A stretch of 32,000 bases of DNA, taken from positions 450,001 to 482,000 of the forward strand of contig NZ_CP042905.2 of assembly GCF_008000775.2 (NCBI RefSeq), in the 5' to 3' direction. Within the stretch, counting starts at the first letter, position 1; each line of letters opens with the position of its first letter. Source of the stretch: Promethearchaeum syntrophicum (GTDB taxonomy: Archaea; Asgardarchaeota; Lokiarchaeia; Sigyniarchaeales; Promethearchaeaceae). The notes under the pieces were generated by a model. It did not search any database, was not told where the DNA came from, and saw only the letters and a program-made list of their open reading frames with translations. The position numbers and the translations under genes were made by a program. Shown here piece by piece: positions 26,542 through 32,000 of this stretch.

Positions 26542-27498
26542 TTATATCCAAGTATCCTTAAACACTCGTAAAAGATTTTCACTCCCCAATTTTTTCAAAT
26601 CTTGTTCACTATATCCATTTTCCAACAAGTAATTGAAAAACAGTGGTAAATCATTCACTCCAGATAAATTAGTAGGAACCGTAGTACCATCAAAATCGGT
26701 TCCAATCGCTACCGTGTTTATATCAGTAATCTTCACAATATGATCAATATGCGATTTTAAAACTTCGAAAGGAAGTTCCACAGGGATTTTCGTTTTTTTA
26801 TGTTCTTCCGACAAGAAAATTACAGATAGGTTTAAACCAATTGTGCCATGTTTTTCATGAATCGCAATAATTTGCTTATCTGTCAAATTTCGTTGGTGGC
26901 TGCAAATAGATCTGCAGTTTGAATGGCTAGCAATAAGTGGTTTACGAGTAATTTCAATTGCATCCCAAAAACTGGGATCGTTTAGGTGAGATACGTCAAT
27001 AGTTATCCCCATTTTTTGACCTGTATGCAATAATTCTTTTCCTAATTCAGTTAGTCCTCTATCTTCTTGTTCTTGTTCAAATAAAGCTCCCGTTGCGAAT
27101 TTATTTACGTTTGACCAACTTAATCCCATAGATCGTAACCCTAATTGATATCCTAAACGTAAAAGCGCAAAATCCTTATCGATTCCTCCTGCTCCTTCAA
27201 AATGAAGTATGGCTCCTATTTTTTTGGAATTTTCTGCTTTACTAAAATCGTCTATATTTTTTATATGATATAGCTGGTTCTCTGGATTATTTAGGAGTTT
27301 AAACCATGCATCCATTCCGTTTATAAGGTTTTTTTTGGTCATTCCAGGCCAAATCGCAAAAAGTGCCGCTGAAACATTGCCTTCTTTCATTCTATGAAGA
27401 TCGCAATGACCTTTATCCGATCTTTGTGAAAAAGTTCGTCCTTGTTGTTTTAATGCTAATAATGTATCTATATGACCGTCAATTACTTTGATATCCAT
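26542..27498 (-). CDS. membrane-dipeptidase family (peptidase M19) protein
   Basis: VIDGHIDTL, HFEGAG, IASHSNCRSICSHQRNLTDKQI and IGTDFDG match the M19 metal-ligand blocks. Confidence 0.85.
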   Translation of the reverse strand: MDIKVIDGHIDTLLALKQQGRTFSQRSDKGHCDLHRMKEGNVSAALFAIWPGMTKKNLINGMDAWFKLLNNPENQLYHIKNIDDFSKAENSKKIGAILHFEGAGGIDKDFALLRLGYQLGLRSMGLSWSNVNKFATGALFEQEQEDRGLTELGKELLHTGQKMGITIDVSHLNDPSFWDAIEITRKPLIASHSNCRSICSHQRNLTDKQIIAIHEKHGTIGLNLSVIFLSEEHKKTKIPVELPFEVLKSHIDHIVKITDINTVAIGTDFDGTTVPTNLSGVNDLPLFFNYLLENGYSEQDLKKLGSENLLRVFKDTWI

Positions 27499-27516
27499 TA
27501 TTTTCTTCTCAAAATT

Positions 27517-28116
27517 CTATGCAATCAGTTTCCGGCCACAATACGTACAGAAGAAAAGTTCTTTTGCTATAGTTTCTCCACAATGGGGGCATTTCTTCAA
27601 GCTCGATTTAAGAATACTCTCGGTTAGAAGATCAAAAATCTTCTCAACATTTTGCCCACTCTTGCTTGAACATTCGATAAAATGGTCAATTTTATTTGAA
27701 GCTTGGAAATTTTTACCATCTTCTTCATTAACTTCCTTTTGATCGCTTAGATCTGATTTGGAACCAATAAGTAATTTTGAAATTTTGCCGCTGGCTGAAT
27801 CAATTAAGTTCATCCATTCGTCAAGTTCATTAAAACTCGAGCGGCTTGTCATATCATATAAAATAAGGGCACCTGATGCGCCTGATAAATAACCTGGAAA
27901 TAGGCTTCTGAACTTTTCTTCGCCTGCGAAATCCCAGATGCTCAAATGAACATCTTGACCCGAGACGTTCATGTTTTTCGTCATGAAGTCGACTCCTATC
28001 GTCGAAAGTGTGTTAATATCGAATTTGCCACTAACATATCTCCGAATCAGCGATGTTTTTCCAACGTTTTTGGCACCAGCGACTATAATTTTTAATTTAA
28101 TCATATGAGTTATCAC
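27517..28116 (-). CDS. Ras-superfamily small GTPase, Rab-like, with C-terminal zinc ribbon
   Basis: G1 GAKNVGKT; switch I LSTIGVDF (Rab-type IGVDF); G3 WDFAGEE; G4 GSKSDL; G5 ECSSKSG; C-terminal CPHCGE...CTYCG. The track start is GTG at 28116; the ATG at 28104 (MIKLKIIV) is more likely. Confidence 0.85.
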   Translation of the reverse strand: MITHMIKLKIIVAGAKNVGKTSLIRRYVSGKFDINTLSTIGVDFMTKNMNVSGQDVHLSIWDFAGEEKFRSLFPGYLSGASGALILYDMTSRSSFNELDEWMNLIDSASGKISKLLIGSKSDLSDQKEVNEEDGKNFQASNKIDHFIECSSKSGQNVEKIFDLLTESILKSSLKKCPHCGETIAKELFFCTYCGRKLIA

Positions 28117-28486
28117 TCTAGAGCTTCTTTAAAAAAATTTTGTTGTGTTTCTTTCTCTATTTTTCTTTTGGCAAATTTCCTTAAAATTCTTTTGGCTATT
28201 TCCAATTTTTCAAAACTTAAATCTGGAAAGATCAAAAATAATAATATTGATCCTAACCCGTTTTTCAAATCAATTTTCAATTTTTAAGAACCAAAGATCC
28301 CAGATCGGGCAATTCCAAACACATAAAAGCCAGAGATTTGGGAACAAGTACAATCAACGAATAAAATTTCTTGAACTTGACCAATAACTAGGTATGTATT
28401 CTTTTTTTTTATAAAACTTAACTTTTAAAAAAATATGTGATAAGGCGAAAAAATTTAACATTGAAAATTTAATTAGAAGATATAGA

Positions 28487-29728
28487 ATGAAAATTCCCGG
28501 TAGTTTCTTCGAAATAGATCTTGTCATTAGCAAAGATAATTTGTTAGAGTTTAAAATAACGAAAAATAAAGAGGTAAAATATAGCGTAAACCCGATGGAT
28601 TTTTCGGAAATCGAATATGATTTGCAATCATTTCTTGAAGATAATAGTGTTTTTCTACCGAAAAACAGGTTTAAACTCGTGTTAGAAAGCTTAGAAGTCC
28701 TTTATTTGGATCTAAATAAAAAACTGCAAAAATTGAAAGATCGTGATGCAAATAGTCCAATAATTTCAGAGGAACAAGAAATCTCTTTTGCTCAACGCGT
28801 TTTTCAGGCTCAAAAAGTGTTGTTGATGGGGGGGGAGGGTAAATCATCAATTTATCAAGTAATATTTGAAGGAAAGTTGCCTCATGAAACTAATGTTATA
28901 AAACACACAAGAGGTATTGAAAAACATGAAATTTCTTTTCCATCATTCTCGAGTGCCGGCTCTTCTAAGCAGAAATTGCTTTTATGGGATTTTGGATCAA
29001 AAAAACCGACTTCTGATGATTATAAAAATGCGACTCTGCTTCTTTTTGTAATAGATGCCTATGATGTACATAATTATGAATTATATCGTGATCAACTCCA
29101 TGAAACAATTGCAATGATGAAAAAACATGGGTCTCGTCCCAAATTTTTGGGTCGTAATCAAAGCAATATCTTTTGTTTTATTCATAAAATGGATCGTTTT
29201 ACGAATGCTGATGATCAATTCAGATCTCTTGTAGAATATTTTAAACTTAATCCCAAAACGAAAGAAAAATCATATGAAATCAAATTCTTTGCCACTTCTA
29301 TTTATGATTCGTCGATCTACAGTGCATGGGCTAAGATAATTGAAATTTTAATGCCTAAATCCTCTAAATTAAATCAGTTATCTAATAAATTAAAGGATGA
29401 TTTAGGTTTGTACGCAGCAATGATTATAGAAAAAAGCACGGGATTACCTATTGCATCATCTAAAACTTTGTTGGATGATAATTCATTGGTTGGAAGCACT
29501 AATCGTATTTTACTAACAACAGAAAAAGTTTTGCCTGAATATGAATTATCTTCTTTAGATACACTTAAAATTGAAACTGCAAATGGGATTTTACAACTAC
29601 GGATTTTTGAACAAATTTACGTATACGTATTGATCCTGATTTATCCTCCCCATGAAAGGAAGATCTCAACACCTGAAGGGGAAAATATCCTTCAAGAATT
29701 TATAAGTGAAATGAGAAAAAGTATATAA
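28487..29728 (+). CDS. Rag/Gtr1-like GTPase with C-terminal roadblock-like domain and N-terminal extension
   Basis: KVLLMGGEGKSSIYQVIF resembles Gtr1/RagA KxLLMGxSGSGKSS. LLLWDFG corresponds to G3. CFIHKMD is the HKxD G4 variant typical of Rag/Gtr. The last 120 aa or so (LGLYAAMIIEKSTGLPIASS...LQLRIFEQIYVYVLI) have a roadblock/LC7-like alternating pattern. The first 105 aa or so are unassigned. Confidence 0.6.
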   Translation: MKIPGSFFEIDLVISKDNLLEFKITKNKEVKYSVNPMDFSEIEYDLQSFLEDNSVFLPKNRFKLVLESLEVLYLDLNKKLQKLKDRDANSPIISEEQEISFAQRVFQAQKVLLMGGEGKSSIYQVIFEGKLPHETNVIKHTRGIEKHEISFPSFSSAGSSKQKLLLWDFGSKKPTSDDYKNATLLLFVIDAYDVHNYELYRDQLHETIAMMKKHGSRPKFLGRNQSNIFCFIHKMDRFTNADDQFRSLVEYFKLNPKTKEKSYEIKFFATSIYDSSIYSAWAKIIEILMPKSSKLNQLSNKLKDDLGLYAAMIIEKSTGLPIASSKTLLDDNSLVGSTNRILLTTEKVLPEYELSSLDTLKIETANGILQLRIFEQIYVYVLILIYPPHERKISTPEGENILQEFISEMRKSI

Positions 29729-29765
29729 TCCAGAATTAAATAATTATGAAATTAATCAAAAATCT

Positions 29766-29786
29766 TTAATGTGAGTGTTAATGTGA
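29766..29786 (+). promoter_or_regulatory. tandem direct repeat TTAATGTGA x2 upstream of the methyltransferase ORF
   Basis: TTAATGTGA occurs at 29766-29774 and 29778-29786 (12-nt period), ending 10 nt before the ATG at 29796. It could be an operator or promoter element. This is positional inference only. Confidence 0.25.
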
Positions 29787-29795
29787 TTTTTTTTA

Positions 29796-32000
29796 ATGGT
29801 TAGTTCAAGTTTAGTTCAGTTTCAAGATATTTTTAGAAATGCGTTTAAATTTCAATATCATGAGATTCTATCAGGAGATTATGCACTATACAACCTTATA
29901 TATCCAAGAATGGAGGATTTTATTAACCAACATCTCCCAAATCTCATTAATTCCACGTTTGAAGAAGCAAGTCACCCATATAACAAGGAATTTTTCTTCA
30001 ATCATTTATATGAATTTTTCTCACAATTTTTCCTAAGGAATAATCATATAATATTTCAAGAATCTGATTACCTTTCTCGGAATTTAGAAAGTTCTCATAA
30101 TGCACTAATCAAAGATAAATATTATTATAATAAGTCCGCATTTATTGAGAATTTGGTTATTGAATTAGAAGATGGGTTCATACTTGAATTTAAATTGACT
30201 TTTAAAGAATCTAAAAAAGAAGGAAAAGCCAAACGAAATTTCTTTTTTATTCTTGAAAAAGACCTAAATCCCGTTAATTACAATTCTCGAGAGAAAAAAC
30301 TTACTGTATATTTCCAATATCGACAATTGCAAGAAGAAGAGGTGAAGGGTTCTAAACGTTCAATTCGAAAAACCTTGAAAAAACTCTGCTATAATTCCAT
30401 TTGCAACAGTATTAAAGATCCTACCCTTCTCGATATTCTTAAAAAAAACCACAGATCTGACGAATCTGACAATCTAACATTTTATTTGGACTTCTATTAT
30501 TTAGAAAACGATTCGGACAGGTTCTTATATAAAGATTTAGGAAAATTTATGAAATTAAATCTTAAAAATTATATTCACAAGCAAATATTACCCAATATGT
30601 TTAGTACCGTAGAAAATGGAAGAAATTTTGAAATTTTAAGGAAGAATATTAAATCTTTTGAATATGTTAGCAATGAGATAATTGATCTTTTGGCAAAAAT
30701 TGAAGAAATCAAAAAGAAATTGTTTCTCAAGAAGAAATTTGTATCGAATACTAATTATGGAATAAGCCTGAAGAAAATTCCCGTCAAATATTACAGAGAA
30801 ATCATAGAAAATGGAGATCAAATTACTCAATGGGATGAAATATTAAACTTTAATTCTTTAAACAAAGACGGGGCAAGCCTAAACTTGGAAGTTTTAAAAT
30901 CGTATCCATTTTTAGTCGTTGACACCAAAAATTTCTCTAGGGATTTCAAATTCAGGTTAATTTCAGATATTCCCGATTTACACGCTTCAATCCAAGGGAT
31001 ATTAATTAAAAGTGAGAATTTTCAAGCAATGAACTTACTTTTAAAAAACCTGAAGGACTCAATTAAGTGCGTATATATTGATCCTCCATATAATACAGGT
31101 CAAAAATTTCTCTATAATGATAGTTTTGAAAGAGAAGCATGGCTTACGATGATGAAAAATAGATTAGAATTAGCAAAAAATCTTTTAAGTAGCGATGGTA
31201 TCTTTTTTTCCAGCATAGATGATAATGAATTGGCATATTACTCCATATTGATTGAGAAAATATTCAAAAAGCGATTAAACACCATAATATGGCATAAGAA
31301 AACTCAACCTTCATTTTTATCTAAAGAATTAATTTCTGTTACGGAATATATCGTTGTGGCAAAAAAGAAAAATGAACCTGTTAAATTGATGGGGGGGTAT
31401 GGAAATTTAAAAAAATTAACTGAATTAATTAATATTGGTAATTCTGTATGTGAAAGAACCTTAAACAATGAAAATTTATTAATTAATTCAGGAAATTGGT
31501 CTGGAACATTGACAAATGGTTTATATGGAAAAGAAAAATTGAAAGTTGAACTGCTAAATGGACCTATTCATGTCAAAGATGGTATCCCCAATAAAAATCT
31601 AAAATTAAAAACTAGATTTAAATGGTCTCAAGATCGAATCAATCTTGAAATTGGAAAAGGAGGGTTAATCCATATCAAGAATATTAAATCTTTACGACCC
31701 ACTATTCAACGGTTTTATGATAAACCAATTATTAAAGCTCCAACCACTTTGCTTTCAAAAAAGATAAATTCTCTACCCACTAATACAGATGCTAATGCGG
31801 AACTAAAAAACCTGTTCAAAATTTCAACTTTCGACTATTCTAAACCATCAGAATTGATAAAATATTTAATCCGTGCAGTTTCATATTTTGAAAAGGAGGG
31901 AACAATCTTAGATTTTTTTGCTGGAACTGGAACAACCGCTCAATCGACTTTAGAACTTAATTCTTCTGATAATGGAACTCGAAAATACGTTTTAATTGAA
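29796..32000 (+). CDS. N6/N4 DNA methyltransferase, beta-class (Type III Mod-like), 3'-partial, with long N-terminal extension
   Basis: This ORF is not in the ORF track. I translated the frame by hand from the ATG at 29796 (an in-frame TGA lies at 29784) to 32000: 735 codons with no stop. Motif IV is CVYIDPPYNTG (31068-31100). FDYSKPSELIKYLI follows, and motif I is ILDFFAGTGTTAQST (31905-31949). The order IV...I is the beta-class arrangement seen in Type III Mod enzymes. Confidence 0.85.
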   Translation, partial: MVSSSLVQFQDIFRNAFKFQYHEILSGDYALYNLIYPRMEDFINQHLPNLINSTFEEASHPYNKEFFFNHLYEFFSQFFLRNNHIIFQESDYLSRNLESSHNALIKDKYYYNKSAFIENLVIELEDGFILEFKLTFKESKKEGKAKRNFFFILEKDLNPVNYNSREKKLTVYFQYRQLQEEEVKGSKRSIRKTLKKLCYNSICNSIKDPTLLDILKKNHRSDESDNLTFYLDFYYLENDSDRFLYKDLGKFMKLNLKNYIHKQILPNMFSTVENGRNFEILRKNIKSFEYVSNEIIDLLAKIEEIKKKLFLKKKFVSNTNYGISLKKIPVKYYREIIENGDQITQWDEILNFNSLNKDGASLNLEVLKSYPFLVVDTKNFSRDFKFRLISDIPDLHASIQGILIKSENFQAMNLLLKNLKDSIKCVYIDPPYNTGQKFLYNDSFEREAWLTMMKNRLELAKNLLSSDGIFFSSIDDNELAYYSILIEKIFKKRLNTIIWHKKTQPSFLSKELISVTEYIVVAKKKNEPVKLMGGYGNLKKLTELINIGNSVCERTLNNENLLINSGNWSGTLTNGLYGKEKLKVELLNGPIHVKDGIPNKNLKLKTRFKWSQDRINLEIGKGGLIHIKNIKSLRPTIQRFYDKPIIKAPTTLLSKKINSLPTNTDANAELKNLFKISTFDYSKPSELIKYLIRAVSYFEKEGTILDFFAGTGTTAQSTLELNSSDNGTRKYVLIE

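Noticed and set aside
28105-28387. Track ORFs 28105-28287(+) and 28145-28387(+) between the two GTPase genes.
   Set aside because: They are overlapping, Phe/Leu/Ser/Lys-rich, with no motifs, and sit in a divergent promoter spacer. I treated them as non-coding.
7598-28464. Shared motif AAAAAATTTAACAT at about 7598-7611 and about 28450-28463.
   Set aside because: It is a short A/T-only motif in an AT-rich genome with only two copies. It may be TATA-like at 28450, but the recurrence is not statistically meaningful without a genome-wide count.
29839-30830. Track ORFs 29839-30036(+) and 30636-30830(-).
   Set aside because: Both fall inside the long open methyltransferase frame (29796 to beyond 32000), in other frames. 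They are superseded by that ORF.
1-32000. CRISPR arrays, IS elements, transposases, integrases, prophage genes and rRNA.
   Set aside because: I saw no periodic repeat-spacer structure, no DDE, tyrosine or serine recombinase motifs, no long terminal inverted repeats, and no long GC-rich structured segment apart from the tRNA.
1-32000. Eukaryotic (AT-rich protist) origin, suggested by the actin and the Rab/Rag-like genes.
   Set aside because: Gene density, operons with overlapping start/stop codons, SD-like motifs complementary to a prokaryotic 16S 3' end, absence of introns in all conserved genes, and prokaryote-type enzymes (NadE, Maf, HIT, M19, Type III-like methylase) all argue for an archaeal genome.

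Overview
This is a strongly AT-rich, gene-dense prokaryotic chromosome segment. It has about 31 protein genes, one tRNA, short spacers, overlapping start/stop codons and GGTGA/GGAG Shine-Dalgarno-like motifs. It nevertheless encodes a eukaryote-type actin (7901-9046), a Rab-like GTPase, a Rag/Gtr-like GTPase with a roadblock-like tail, and a ubiquitin-type E2-like/JAB/E1-like gene cluster. By inference the source is an Asgard (Lokiarchaeia-type) archaeon. The remaining genes are mostly housekeeping or hydrolase functions: FGGY kinase, GDPD, SGNH esterase, NAD synthetase, two MBL hydrolases, HIT, Maf, Nudix, crotonase, M19 dipeptidase and an ArsB/NhaD-type permease. There is also a 1176-aa helical-repeat/TPR protein. 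The best candidate for an undescribed system is the tightly coupled operon at 3972-7593 (E2-like, JAB/MPN, E1-like, orphan helical protein). It has no ubiquitin-like modifier gene and no RING E3, so it resembles bacterial E1/E2/JAB conflict-system triads more than the canonical archaeal or eukaryotic ubiquitin operon. A second point is that the ORF track misses a 735-codon open frame (29796 to the window end) because it has no stop in the window. That frame encodes a DPPY-type (Type III Mod-like) DNA methyltransferase and may mark the start of a restriction/defence locus. I saw no CRISPR array, rRNA, transposase or integrase. All functional calls come from motif recognition by eye; no database search was run.
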